From Clostridia bacterium (GTDB taxonomy: Bacteria > Bacillota > Clostridia > Christensenellales > CAG-138): a stretch of DNA of 64,000 bases. The DNA lies in contig JAFQCL010000017.1 of assembly GCA_017416425.1 (NCBI GenBank), forward strand, positions 36,393 to 100,392, in the 5' to 3' direction. Of the stretch, positions 1-10,228 are shown piece by piece. Both the position numbers and the translations under genes were made by a program. Positions within the stretch are counted from its first letter, which is position 1. Every line of letters starts with the position of its first letter. The notes under the pieces were generated by a model. It was not told the origin of the DNA. It made no database searches and was given only the letters and a program-made list of their open reading frames with translations.

Positions 1-4
1 AATA

Positions 5-37
5 GCGGTATTACGCCAAATGTCGTTGTAATACCGC
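5..37 (-). terminator. Stem-loop just downstream of the lepA stop (putative intrinsic terminator)
   Basis: GCGGTATTAC (5-14) pairs with GTAATACCGC (28-37), about 10 nt past the lepA stop on the minus strand. Any U-tract would fall off the window edge. Confidence 0.35.
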
Positions 38-46
38 ATGATTGAT

Positions 47-1849
47 CTAATTTATGCGAAGCACGCTCATAAAAGCTTCGCTGGGAAGCTGTACGGTGCC
101 TATCTGACGCATACGCTTCTTACCTTCCTTCTGCTTTTCAAGCAGCTTCTTCTTTCGGGTTATATCGCCGCCGTAGCATTTGGCGAGCACGTCCTTTCGC
201 ACCGCGCGAACGGTCTCACGCGCTATTATCTTGCCACCGATAGCAGCCTGGATGGGTATTTCAAACTGCTGCCTTGGTATTACCTCTTGAAGCTTTTCGG
301 CAACGGCGCGACCCTTGGCATACGCCCTGTCGGCATGTACTATGGTGGACAGTGCATCGCACATATCGCCGTTTAAAAGGAAGTCAAGCTTTACAAGGTT
401 TGAGCGAACATACTCCTTAAGCTCATAATCAAAGGAAGCATAGCCGCGGCTGCGGGATTTAAGCTGATCGAAAAAGTCATAGATTATCTCGTTGAGCGGC
501 ATGTCATATGTGAGGTTGACCCTTGTTGAGTCAAGATATGACATATCCCGGAATGTGGCGCGCCTTGATTGACATAGATCCATAATGGGGCCAACGTATT
601 CGGTGGGCGTGAGTACATGCGCCTCAACCATGGGCTCTTGCATGTATTCTATCTCGGTGGAGGGGGGAAGATTTGCCGGGTTATCGATATTAAGCTCGAT
701 CCCATCGGTTGTTTTTACCTTGTATATTACACTGGGAGCGGTGGTAACAAGGTCGAGGTCAAATTCACGCTCCAAACGCTCCTGTATTATCTCCATGTGC
801 AGCAATCCCAAAAATCCGCATCTGAAGCCAAAGCCAAGGGCCTGTGATGTTTCGGGTTCAAAAGAAAGCGCGGCATCGTTTAAAAGCAGCTTTTCCAGTG
901 CATCCCTAAGATCATTGTATTCAGCTCCATCGGCGGGATAGATTCCGCAGTATACCATGGGCTGAGCCTGCTTGTAACCGGGAAGAGGCTGCTTTGTGGG
1001 GTTCTGCGCAAGCGTAAGTGTATCTCCGACCTTAGTATCACGAACCGTCTTTATGGAAGCCGCGATATAGCCCACCTCACCTGCGCGCAATTCATCAACG
1101 GGAATGGGTTTTGGATTAAATATGCCTACCTCGGTGACATCAAATTCCTTGCCGCTTGCCATGGATTTTATACGCATGCCTGCACGCACACAGCCGTCAA
1201 ACATCCTCACATAGCTAAGGGCGCCCTTGTAATTATCATATATACTGTCAAATATGAGCGCCTTCATGGGAGCGCTTTCATCGCCGGTGGGTGGGGGGAT
1301 GAGCTTTGGTATCTTCTCAAGTACCTCAATCACATTTGTACCAAGCTTTGCGCTTATGCGCGGCGCATCCTCGGCAGGAAGCCCTATTACGTCCTCTATT
1401 TCCTGTATAACGGCCTCGGGTTGAGCGCTTATTAGGTCTATCTTATTAACAACGGGCATTATCTCAAGATCATTATCGATCGCAAGGTATACATTCGCAA
1501 GCGTTTGAGCCTCTATGCCTTGCGTTGCGTCAACTATCAGTATCGCGCCATCGCAGGCGGCAAGCGCGCGGCTCACCTCATATGTGAAGTCAACATGACC
1601 GGGAGTATCTATAAGATTATACATATATCTGTTGCCATCGGAATGGGTATAAAACATCCTTACGGCGGATGCTTTTATAGTGATGCCGCGTTCACGTTCG
1701 ATATCCATCATATCAAGCAATTGTGACTCCATATCACGCAGCGCAATGGTCTCGGTCATCTCGAGCATGCGGTCGGCAAGCGTAGACTTTCCGTGGTCAA
1801 TATGCGCTATTATGCAGAAGTTCCTTATGAGTTCTCTGTTGTATGACAT
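47..1849 (-). CDS. lepA: Elongation factor 4 (LepA), translational GTPase
   Basis: 600-aa ORF. It has the GTPase motifs AHIDHGKST (G1), DTPGHVDF (G3) and NKID (G4), and full LepA length with the LepA-type C-terminal region. Confidence 0.97.
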   Translation of the reverse strand: MSYNRELIRNFCIIAHIDHGKSTLADRMLEMTETIALRDMESQLLDMMDIERERGITIKASAVRMFYTHSDGNRYMYNLIDTPGHVDFTYEVSRALAACDGAILIVDATQGIEAQTLANVYLAIDNDLEIMPVVNKIDLISAQPEAVIQEIEDVIGLPAEDAPRISAKLGTNVIEVLEKIPKLIPPPTGDESAPMKALIFDSIYDNYKGALSYVRMFDGCVRAGMRIKSMASGKEFDVTEVGIFNPKPIPVDELRAGEVGYIAASIKTVRDTKVGDTLTLAQNPTKQPLPGYKQAQPMVYCGIYPADGAEYNDLRDALEKLLLNDAALSFEPETSQALGFGFRCGFLGLLHMEIIQERLEREFDLDLVTTAPSVIYKVKTTDGIELNIDNPANLPPSTEIEYMQEPMVEAHVLTPTEYVGPIMDLCQSRRATFRDMSYLDSTRVNLTYDMPLNEIIYDFFDQLKSRSRGYASFDYELKEYVRSNLVKLDFLLNGDMCDALSTIVHADRAYAKGRAVAEKLQEVIPRQQFEIPIQAAIGGKIIARETVRAVRKDVLAKCYGGDITRKKKLLEKQKEGKKRMRQIGTVQLPSEAFMSVLRIN

Positions 1850-1891
1850 ACTGTACCTCTTTCTCTTTGTGTATCAGAATGCGAATGGCTG

Positions 1892-3250
1892 CTATTGCCT
1901 TATTTTGCCCCCAAATCGCTCGGTTATCAAATTTGCCATGCTGAGCGCCATCAGCTCTATTGCATACTGATCCCTACCCTCCAGCATGATCCTGATAAGA
2001 GGCTCTGTACCCGATTTTCTTATGAGTATGCGCCCGTCACCGTTAAGCTCCGCCTCAATTTCCCGGACCTTTTTGTGTACTTCGGGATCATCCATTATGC
2101 TTTGCATATCTTCGGGTTTTACAAGCACATTTACAAGCACCTGCGGATACTGAGGTATGCTTGAGACGAGCTTTGAAAGGCTAAGCCCTGACTTCTTTAT
2201 GACGTTGAGGGTCATTATGGCGGAGAGCATACCATCGCCTGTGGTGGTTTTATCAAGGAATATTATGTGACCGGACTGCTCACCGCCTATGCTGTGACCA
2301 TCCTTTAGCATAGCCTCAAGCACATATCTATCGCCTACTTTTGTTTCGATTACATTAATTCCCGCACTTTCCATTGCTTTTCTAAGACCAAGATTTGACA
2401 TGACCGTCAGCACGAGCGTATTATTCGAAAGCGTACCATTTTCCTTCATGAACAGAGCGCATATCCCCATGAGTCTGTCGCCGTCAACTATGTTGCCGTA
2501 TTCATCGCAAGCTATCACCCTGTCCGCGTCACCATCAAAAGCAAAGCCTATATCGGCACCCAGTTCAGCAACATGCATTGCAAGCTGCTCAGGATGAGTG
2601 GAGCCGCAGTGCTGATTTATATTGCACCCATCCGGCGTGTTTGAGACACAATAAACTGTAGCGCCAAGCTGCGAAAATAGCTCGGGGGCGATATCCGAGG
2701 CGGCGCCATTACTGCAATCGAGCACGATGCGCATGCCAGATAGATCTTTTTCACAGGCTTCCTTTAGAAAATCCATATAATCGATTGGAGCCTTCTTTGC
2801 GAATATCTGCCTACCTACCATTGTACCGGTGGGACGGCTGAACGCGAAATTATCGTTTATGAGCTTTTCAATGCGCTCTTCCGTTTCGTCTGAGAGCTTA
2901 AAGCCGTTTGAATCAAACCACTTTATGCCGTTGTATTCCATGGTATTATGCGAGGCGCTTACCATAACGGCAGCATCACAAGAATATAGGCGTACAAGAT
3001 AAGCTATGGCGGGGGTGGGTACAATGCCTGCGGTCAATACATCTCCTCCAACAGAGCATATCCCGGCAACAAGCGCGGCGCAAAGCATGTCGCCTGAGAG
3101 CCTTGTATCGCAGCCGAGGAGTATCTTTGGCCGCCCAACCCCGCTTGCTATAACGCTGGCGCCTGCTGCGCCTATCTTCATTGCAAGCTCGCATGTAAGT
3201 GTTTCATTAGCGATTCCTCTTACGCCATCGGTTCCAAACAGTTTGGACAT
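1892..3250 (-). CDS. glmM: Phosphoglucosamine mutase
   Basis: 452 aa. It has the phosphoserine loop SASHN, the Mg site FDGDADR and the sugar loop GEQSGH, in typical GlmM length and order. Confidence 0.95.
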   Translation of the reverse strand: MSKLFGTDGVRGIANETLTCELAMKIGAAGASVIASGVGRPKILLGCDTRLSGDMLCAALVAGICSVGGDVLTAGIVPTPAIAYLVRLYSCDAAVMVSASHNTMEYNGIKWFDSNGFKLSDETEERIEKLINDNFAFSRPTGTMVGRQIFAKKAPIDYMDFLKEACEKDLSGMRIVLDCSNGAASDIAPELFSQLGATVYCVSNTPDGCNINQHCGSTHPEQLAMHVAELGADIGFAFDGDADRVIACDEYGNIVDGDRLMGICALFMKENGTLSNNTLVLTVMSNLGLRKAMESAGINVIETKVGDRYVLEAMLKDGHSIGGEQSGHIIFLDKTTTGDGMLSAIMTLNVIKKSGLSLSKLVSSIPQYPQVLVNVLVKPEDMQSIMDDPEVHKKVREIEAELNGDGRILIRKSGTEPLIRIMLEGRDQYAIELMALSMANLITERFGGKIRQ

Positions 3251-3503
3251 ATAGTGGTATCCTCCGATAATATCAGCATTAGTTCATTACTATTGAGATA
3301 ACAGGGTGTGTATGACGCAATATAGCTTATTTTCAGGAGACTTGTAAATAAAATAGCCGCTAAACGTCAAAAATATTAAAGTTTGCATACCGTTTATAGC
3401 GATAGCATGCATGCACTTAACCCCATTCTACATATACTGGTAATTATACAGCATAGACCGTTTTTTTTCAATATCTACTCTGATATATGAATACTTGCAT
3501 CCC

Positions 3504-3533
3504 TTGACGAGCGTGCTTATAGGGGGGTATAAT
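3504..3533 (+). promoter_or_regulatory. Sigma-A type promoter for murC
   Basis: TTGACG (3504-3509), an 18-nt spacer, then TATAAT (3528-3533), 25 nt upstream of the murC start with GGAGG RBS. Confidence 0.5.
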
Positions 3534-3558
3534 CAACGCAAACAGGACTTGGAGGAGA

Positions 3559-4947
3559 ATGATGGGATTTGAAGGCATTAAACGTATACATCTTATCGGC
3601 ATAGGCGGCAGCTCCATGAATGGACTGGCACAGATGCTTTTATCGCAGGGCTATGAGGTTCAAGGCTCGGATAGAGGTGAGTCGCAGTTCACAAAAAGGC
3701 TTAAAGAGCTTGGGATAGATGTGAAGATCGGTCATAATGCGGATAATATTGAAAATGCGGATATGGTAATATATTCTGCGGCAATAAAACCGGACAATGT
3801 TGAGCGCGTGGCCGCCTTGGGCAAAGGTATTTTGCAGCTTGAACGCTCTGTTGCGCTTGGGATGCTGTCATCTGATTATGACGAGGTGGTCGGAATAGCC
3901 GGCTGCCATGGTAAGACCACTATAACCTCCATGCTTGCGCTGATATCTCGTATGCATCATGAAAAAGACCCCGAGCATACGACCGATGCAACGATACATG
4001 TCGGAGGGTATGTGGATTTTTTAAGCGGCGGAGTCCATGTAGGTGGGCATGAGCTTTTTATAACCGAGGCTTGCGAATATGTTGAAAGCTTTTTGACGTT
4101 GCATCCTACCATTGCACTGATAAGCAATATAGATAATGACCACCTTGACTACTATGGTGATATGGAGCACATAGTATTGGCATTTAAGAAATACGCCGCT
4201 TTGCTTTCTAAGGATGGTCTTATAATAGGCTGTGTGGATGATCATAGGGTGATGGATATACTTTCGGAGAGTCCGTGCGAAAAACTGACCTATGGACATA
4301 AAAATGCCGACTATGTACCGGATAATATAGCTGTAGACGAACTTGGAAATACCGCTTTTGACCTTGTTTTCAGGGGTAAAACGCTTGGAAGGATAGAGCT
4401 TTCGGTGCCGGGGGAGCACAATATGCTAAACAGCATAGCGGCGGCATCGGTCGCGCTGGCGCTTTGTATACCGTTTTGTGTCATAAAGGAGGCTTTGAAT
4501 AAGTATACGTTAACACGCAGAAGGTTTGAGCTTATGGGAGAAAAGAATGGAGCAAAGATATACCATGACTATGCTCATCATCCCTCAGAAATAGCTTCAA
4601 CGCTTCAGGCGGCGGCATCCATCAAGCACAACAGGATAATAGCGGTATTCCAATGCAACAGCTACACAAGGGCGAAAACGCTGTTTATTGGAGATATGAC
4701 CTGCATGGAAAAGGCTGATCTGGTGCTGGTTCCCGATATATATCCGGGGCGCGAGGTGGATACGGGCATCGTACACGCACGCGATATGGTAGAGGCGATA
4801 AACAGAAGCTGCGGTGAAGGGCGTGCTCTTTATATACCCACTTTTGAAGCTATAAACCATCATCTTGATCGCTATGCGAAGCCGGGCGATATCATAATCA
4901 CGCTCGGGAGCGGGGATGTGTATGAGAATACAAAGAAGCTGATATAA
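3559..4947 (+). CDS. murC: UDP-N-acetylmuramate--L-alanine ligase
   Basis: 462 aa. It has the N-terminal GIGGSSMNGLA nucleotide-binding motif, the Mur ligase P-loop GCHGKTT and a Mur ligase C-terminal domain. The start could be the second ATG at 3562. Confidence 0.93.
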   Translation: MMGFEGIKRIHLIGIGGSSMNGLAQMLLSQGYEVQGSDRGESQFTKRLKELGIDVKIGHNADNIENADMVIYSAAIKPDNVERVAALGKGILQLERSVALGMLSSDYDEVVGIAGCHGKTTITSMLALISRMHHEKDPEHTTDATIHVGGYVDFLSGGVHVGGHELFITEACEYVESFLTLHPTIALISNIDNDHLDYYGDMEHIVLAFKKYAALLSKDGLIIGCVDDHRVMDILSESPCEKLTYGHKNADYVPDNIAVDELGNTAFDLVFRGKTLGRIELSVPGEHNMLNSIAAASVALALCIPFCVIKEALNKYTLTRRRFELMGEKNGAKIYHDYAHHPSEIASTLQAAASIKHNRIIAVFQCNSYTRAKTLFIGDMTCMEKADLVLVPDIYPGREVDTGIVHARDMVEAINRSCGEGRALYIPTFEAINHHLDRYAKPGDIIITLGSGDVYENTKKLI

Positions 4948-4956
4948 AAAAGCACA

Positions 4957-4992
4957 AAAATGGCTATAACCTTGCGGGTATAGCCATTTTTT
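4957..4992. terminator. Bidirectional intrinsic terminator between convergent murC and the Mo-hydroxylase gene
   Basis: AATGGCTATA ... TATAGCCATT stem flanked by an A-run (5') and a T-run (3'). Confidence 0.6.
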
Positions 4993-4995
4993 CTT

Positions 4996-7314
4996 TTACT
5001 TTGAATCGCGAGCCTTAATAGCGGCGAGTATCTTTTCCGGTGTGATGGGCATCTTGTTCAGATTCATATCGGTGCCTATAGCATCGCGTATAGCGTTAAC
5101 GACTGCGGGCGCTATGGAATTATCCGAGGGTTCGCCAACACCCTTTGCGCCGTATGGTCCAAGGCCGCCTCCGCTCTCCATTATAATGGTCTCCACATCC
5201 GGCATATCGGCTGCGGTGGGAATATAGTAGGTGGAGAAGTTGTTGGCCTTTGTAATGCCGTTTCGCCACTGAAGATCCTCATGGGTTGGCCACCATGCAT
5301 TGTATAAGCAGCCGCCCTCCATTTGTCCTTCACAGGAGTTTTTGTTTATCATTTTGCCCGCGTCAACGGCGGCTATGAGCCTTAATATCTCATACATTCC
5401 CGTCTCTTCGTCAACGGCTACTTCAACGCCATGGCATGTATAAGTGAGGTCAGGATTGAGCTGTCCCTTTATATCTGAAAGGTCGGGAACCTCGGTAAAG
5501 GGGGCATTGAACTGCGCTATGGTTTCAAGTTCGCCGCCATCGTTACTGAGATGACCCACTACGGTAACGAATGGAATGCGGATCGCCGGATTATTTACAA
5601 GGTATATCGAATGATCACCAAACGCGAGATTTTCGGAAGGATAGCCTAAAAGCTTTGAGGCTACGGGAAGAAGACGCTCCTTCATTATAGCGGTGGCCTT
5701 GAGTGTTGCATTACCGGACATGTAAAGCTGGCGTGTTGCGGTCGTAGTGCCGCAGAGGGGAGTAAGGTGCGTGTCCATTATATAGGCATGTACATCCTCC
5801 ATATCAAGCCCAAGCTCCTCAGCCACTATCTGGCATATCACGCTGGCCTGGCCTCCGCCAAGATCGGGTACGCCCGCACGAACGGTCACGCTGCCATCAA
5901 GCTCTATCCTTATGGATACCCTTGAGGAATCGTGCATAAACGTTAGCCTGCCGTATACCATATGACCTACGGCAATAGCTCTTCCTATCTTTCGGCCATC
6001 GGGCAGGCGATCCGGCTTTTTGGTTTTATTAAGCTCAGCTTCGACCTTATCCATTATTTCGGAAACGCCTATGTGACCCTGGGGTATGAAGCCTGTGGGC
6101 AGACGATCTCCATTGTGCATGAGATTGCGCCTTCTAAGTTCAACACGGTCGATTCCCAAAGCGTCCGCTATTCTGTCCATCTGGCGCTCACACGCGAAAT
6201 TCACCTGAGGCCCTCCAAAGCCGCGGTTCGCGCTTGAGAATGTATTGTTGGTAAACGCGGAAACGCTTTGTACATGCACATTAGGTACATTGTAGGGTCC
6301 TACCGCGCCATAGGTAGAATACATTTGAACCCAGGGTGTAAGGTAGGTGTAGCTGCCGCCATCCATCACTATGGATATCTCCTGAGCAAGTATCTTTCCG
6401 TCCTTTGTGGCGCCCGTCTTGTAATGCAAATACTCGGGGTGACGCTTTGCGTGCGTTTCCATGGATTCCTCACGAGTCCATACCATTTTTACCGGGCGTC
6501 TTGTTGCGGCGATGAGCAGCGCAAGGTATGTTTCAACGGTTATATCCTCCTTGCCGCCAAAGCCGCCGCCCATGGGGACGCCTATATTTCGAACTTTGGT
6601 ATGAGGAAGCCCCATTATTTTTGCAACGGTACGGTAGTGCTCAAGCACCTGCACGCCAACGCGCAGCGTGATTACTCCGTTTTCATCCAGCCAGCCCATA
6701 CCGCCTTCGGTTTCGATGTATGCATGTTCATGAGGCGTGGTCTGATAGTCGTCTTCGATTATAACATCGCAGCGTTTAAAGGCTTCTTCAATATCGCCGC
6801 ATTGCACCTGTGTACGCATTATCTCGTTTGAGGAATCCTCACTTGATACGACATATGCGCCCGGAAGCAGCGCTTCTCTTGGGTCGAATACACCCTCCGT
6901 GACCTCATAATCGACCTCGATAAGCTTTAATGCCTCCTCGGCTATTTCCTCGGTCTCGGCCGCGACAAGGGCGATAGCTTCGCTTTTGGAGCGTATTTTA
7001 CCTCGCGCAAGCACCTTATAAAGCCCTTCAAAGCCTCCGCCTACATCGCGCATCTGGCCGAATTTGGTTATATCTTCATTGAGAGGTACATCATCCGCCG
7101 TAAGTACAGCATGTACTCCCGGCAGGGCCTTTGCCTTTTTTGTATTCACTCCGCGCAGTATCGCGGCGGGATACGCGCTTCTTAGAACCTTGGCATAGAG
7201 CATGTTTGGCATTGTCCAGTCATCGCTATAGAGCTGCTCGCCCTTTGCTTTTGCTGCGGCGTCATGACGCGGCACAGCGTTGCCTACAAGCTTTAAATTC
7301 CGTTTTTGCATCAT
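4996..7314 (-). CDS. Xanthine dehydrogenase/aldehyde oxidase family molybdopterin-binding large subunit
   Basis: 772 aa with the GGGFGGK motif, a C-terminal GAKGVGEP active-site loop and a/b-hammerhead plus MoCo-binding architecture. Overlaps the upstream 2Fe-2S subunit gene by 4 nt. Confidence 0.9.
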   Translation of the reverse strand: MMQKRNLKLVGNAVPRHDAAAKAKGEQLYSDDWTMPNMLYAKVLRSAYPAAILRGVNTKKAKALPGVHAVLTADDVPLNEDITKFGQMRDVGGGFEGLYKVLARGKIRSKSEAIALVAAETEEIAEEALKLIEVDYEVTEGVFDPREALLPGAYVVSSEDSSNEIMRTQVQCGDIEEAFKRCDVIIEDDYQTTPHEHAYIETEGGMGWLDENGVITLRVGVQVLEHYRTVAKIMGLPHTKVRNIGVPMGGGFGGKEDITVETYLALLIAATRRPVKMVWTREESMETHAKRHPEYLHYKTGATKDGKILAQEISIVMDGGSYTYLTPWVQMYSTYGAVGPYNVPNVHVQSVSAFTNNTFSSANRGFGGPQVNFACERQMDRIADALGIDRVELRRRNLMHNGDRLPTGFIPQGHIGVSEIMDKVEAELNKTKKPDRLPDGRKIGRAIAVGHMVYGRLTFMHDSSRVSIRIELDGSVTVRAGVPDLGGGQASVICQIVAEELGLDMEDVHAYIMDTHLTPLCGTTTATRQLYMSGNATLKATAIMKERLLPVASKLLGYPSENLAFGDHSIYLVNNPAIRIPFVTVVGHLSNDGGELETIAQFNAPFTEVPDLSDIKGQLNPDLTYTCHGVEVAVDEETGMYEILRLIAAVDAGKMINKNSCEGQMEGGCLYNAWWPTHEDLQWRNGITKANNFSTYYIPTAADMPDVETIIMESGGGLGPYGAKGVGEPSDNSIAPAVVNAIRDAIGTDMNLNKMPITPEKILAAIKARDSK

Positions 7315-7796
7315 AAAAGGCCCTCCTCGATATCCTTCGCGACCTTATAAATCGCGTCAACTATTTTTACATAGCCGGTACACCTGCAAAGATTGCCGGA
7401 TATAGCCTCCCTTATAGCAGTTCTGTCGGGCTTGCCGCCGTTTTTAAGATAATCGGTTGCTGCAACGACCATGCCGGGTGTGCAGAAGCCGCATTGTACC
7501 GAACCGCATTCAACAAAGGCGTCCTGAATGCGTGCGGTAAGCTTGGTTGAAAGTCCAAGTCCCTTATCGGTCCAAATTTCATGCCCATCACAGGCAGCGG
7601 CAAGCACAGTGCAGCTCTTTACGGCCTGTCCATCCAGCAATACGGTGCAGGTGCCGCATTCGCCGACTTCGCAACCGCATTTTACGTCCCAATAGTAATT
7701 ATCACGAAGAGCACGCAGCAGATTTTGATGCGCCAAAACCTCTAAAGTGACAAATACACCGTTAATTTTTAGCTTAATATTTATCTTCTCACTCAT
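7311..7796 (-). CDS. (2Fe-2S)-binding small subunit of the Mo-hydroxylase
   Basis: 161 aa. Plant-type cluster CGCEVGECGTCTV plus a second cluster, CGFCTPG ... CRCTGY. Confidence 0.92.
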   Translation of the reverse strand: MSEKINIKLKINGVFVTLEVLAHQNLLRALRDNYYWDVKCGCEVGECGTCTVLLDGQAVKSCTVLAAACDGHEIWTDKGLGLSTKLTARIQDAFVECGSVQCGFCTPGMVVAATDYLKNGGKPDRTAIREAISGNLCRCTGYVKIVDAIYKVAKDIEEGLL

Positions 7797-7808
7797 AATA
7801 CTCTCCGA

Positions 7809-8657
7809 TCAGCAATGTTCATAAAGTGCGAGCTTTATAGCGCGTTTTACCATAACGGGCGTTACTTCACGACGATAATCGGCCGAAGCTCTTATATCGT
7901 CTATTGGTGATATATCGAGGTTTGTAGCCTTAATAAGCGCCGAAAGCGTATCATCATCCGGCTTTTTTGACAGCAGGAACCTTTCGGTGTGGGCAGCTCT
8001 TATAGGCGTTGGAGCAACGGCTCCGAGCGCTATTTTACAGGAAGATATGATGCCAGCGTCATTTAGCGTAACAGAGGAGGCGGCGGTCACTATGGATATG
8101 GACATGGATTTTCGCATACCAAGTTTTATAAAGCCGCTGTTTTTCTGTTTTGATATCTCAATATGAGTGATAAGCTCATTTCTTTGAAGCACAGTAGTTC
8201 CGGGCGCCTTGAAAAACTCGGAAAGTGGAACGCTGCGGCTGGAGTTTAAACTTTTTATGAATACGATAGCGTCATGCACTAAAAGGGCAGGCGCCGTATC
8301 CGCAGCGGGGGAGGCGCTTGCGAGGTTTCCTCCGACAGTAGCGGTATTGCATATGGTGGGATCCGCAAAAACGCATGCCGCCTGATGGAGCGCGGGAACA
8401 AATTCTAAAATAAGCTTAGACTTTTTTAGCTGAGATATAGTGACGCAGGCTCCGATTGTGATCCGGTCAGAGTCCTCTTTTATAAAGTTTAGATCCTTAA
8501 TATCCCTAATATTTATAAGCCTACAATCCGTATACTTTCCGGAGCGTATATAGGGCAAAACATTGGTTCCGCCTGCGACTACACGAGCGTTTTGACCATC
8601 AAGAAGGGTGAGGGCTTCCGTGATGGTCGTTGCGTTTTTATATCCGAATTCCTTCAT
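7809..8657 (-). CDS. FAD-binding (CoxM/XdhB-like) medium subunit of the Mo-hydroxylase
   Basis: ORF 7809..8663. GGAGG abuts the first ATG, so the second ATG at 8657 is the preferred start. It has the AGGTNVLP FAD_binding_5 motif and a CO-dehydrogenase flavoprotein C-terminal region. Confidence 0.88.
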   Translation of the reverse strand: MKEFGYKNATTITEALTLLDGQNARVVAGGTNVLPYIRSGKYTDCRLINIRDIKDLNFIKEDSDRITIGACVTISQLKKSKLILEFVPALHQAACVFADPTICNTATVGGNLASASPAADTAPALLVHDAIVFIKSLNSSRSVPLSEFFKAPGTTVLQRNELITHIEISKQKNSGFIKLGMRKSMSISIVTAASSVTLNDAGIISSCKIALGAVAPTPIRAAHTERFLLSKKPDDDTLSALIKATNLDISPIDDIRASADYRREVTPVMVKRAIKLALYEHC

Positions 8658-8725
8658 GAACATCCTCCTGTATTTTATATCACAGACGAGCGCAAAAACG
8701 AACGCCAGTGGTACCTTTATCTTAA

Positions 8726-8754
8726 ATTGTATCAGTAAAATCTGTTTGTCGCAA
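8726..8754 (-). promoter_or_regulatory. Sigma-A type promoter for the Mo-hydroxylase operon
   Basis: On the minus strand: TTGCGA (8754-8749), a 17-nt spacer, then TACAAT (8731-8726), about 65 nt upstream of the start. Confidence 0.45.
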
Positions 8755-8779
8755 TATATAGATTTTGCTTTTGCTTAAT

Positions 8780-8819
8780 TTTAAAAATGACTGCCTGTCG
8801 CAAAAACTGCGGGCAGTCA
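8780..8819 (-). terminator. Putative intrinsic terminator after the amidohydrolase gene
   Basis: GACTGCC ... GGCAGTC stem with partial inner pairing, followed on the minus strand by ATTTTTAAAATT. Confidence 0.45.
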
Positions 8820-8826
8820 AAGTTTT

Positions 8827-10224
8827 TTACTTTGCTTTTATAAACTGACCGATGGGTTTACCCACTATCTCTCCGTTTAGTGCTATCGTATTGCCTCTTA
8901 GAATGGTTTTTTCCACTCTGCCATGCATCTGCATACCGTGATAAGGCGAAAGCTTAGTGCGTGAATGCAGTGAATTCTGATCGAATACGTATGATGCATC
9001 CGGATCGATTATTACAATATCAGCATCAGTTCCTATATGAAGTGAACCCTTGTTTGGATATGTTCCATAAAGCTTTGCGGGCTGCTCAGAGAGAACTTTT
9101 ACCATGGTGCTTATACTGATTTTATTTTTATAAACCGCGTCCAGCATAAGAGGCACCATTGTCTCTATAGCTACCATACCGGCAGGCGCCTCAAAAAGAG
9201 GAAGATTTTTCTCCTCAATGGTGTGTGGCGCGTGATCAGAGCATATGCAAGATATGGTGCCATCACGTACCCCCGTCCAAAGCAGCTCCCTATCGCGAGC
9301 AGTTCGTACAGGAGGATAGCCTTTCATCGTAGAACCAAGTTTAGCTCCATCCGAGTCAGTAAGCGTTAGGTAATGCGGGCAGGTTTCAGCTGTCACATGA
9401 ACGCCTTGGAGTTGAGCTCGTCTAATTATGTCAACAGCTTCGCCTGCAGCAAGGTGCAATATATGAAGATGTGCTCCTGTATGCTTGGCTATGGCAATGG
9501 CCGTCTCTATTATTGTGATCTCAGCAAGAGGGGGACGGCTTTTTAAGAAAGCTTGATATGATCTGTCAGTACCGCTTAAAATTTCGTCTGTAAAAAGCCT
9601 TATCAGATCAAAATTCTCGGCATGGATGGCCACCATTTTGCCGGTTCTTGCCGCTTCGCGAAATATTTTTAATACCTCGCTCTGATCTAACGGAGGTATT
9701 ACGTTTTCCATTCCGGGCTTATAATTATATATAAGCTGATATGTGGAGGCGTCTATTGCATAGCCCCAGAAGAATTTGAAGCCTACTACGCCTGCTTTTG
9801 CGAGAGCGGGTAATTCGCTGTTATTAGCATTGCCAAGGCAAAGACCCCATACACCGAAGTCAATATGCGCCTTGGGAGTTATACACTCAATAAGCTGATA
9901 CAGCTTTTCAGTGTTATATATGGCGGGATTACAGTTAGGCATTTCGTAAATAGTGGTAATGCCTCCGCATGCACCTGCCATTGAGGAATGGAAGAAGTCC
10001 TCTTTATAATGGGCTCCATTGAAGCCGTCCCTTGAGTGGACATGGGTATCTATAAAGCCGGGAACAACTACCTTGCCCTCAGCGTTGGTGATCTCATCTG
10101 CTTCACCGGGCAAATCTTCACTTGTTATAGCAGCGATCTTTCCGCCATGAATATAGATGTTATTTTTAAAGCTGTCACTAGGCGTTACTACGGTGCCATT
10201 TTTAATAACATGCTGCCAATGCAT
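8827..10224 (-). CDS. Cyclic amidohydrolase, dihydroorotase/allantoinase/hydantoinase family (possible PyrC)
   Basis: 465 aa. It has the metal motif GFIDTHVHSRD, GFKFF at the carboxylated-lysine position, CPHYL and SDHAPH. It starts 4 nt after the pyrB stop. Confidence 0.75.
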   Translation of the reverse strand: MHWQHVIKNGTVVTPSDSFKNNIYIHGGKIAAITSEDLPGEADEITNAEGKVVVPGFIDTHVHSRDGFNGAHYKEDFFHSSMAGACGGITTIYEMPNCNPAIYNTEKLYQLIECITPKAHIDFGVWGLCLGNANNSELPALAKAGVVGFKFFWGYAIDASTYQLIYNYKPGMENVIPPLDQSEVLKIFREAARTGKMVAIHAENFDLIRLFTDEILSGTDRSYQAFLKSRPPLAEITIIETAIAIAKHTGAHLHILHLAAGEAVDIIRRAQLQGVHVTAETCPHYLTLTDSDGAKLGSTMKGYPPVRTARDRELLWTGVRDGTISCICSDHAPHTIEEKNLPLFEAPAGMVAIETMVPLMLDAVYKNKISISTMVKVLSEQPAKLYGTYPNKGSLHIGTDADIVIIDPDASYVFDQNSLHSRTKLSPYHGMQMHGRVEKTILRGNTIALNGEIVGKPIGQFIKAK

Positions 10225-10228
10225 AGGA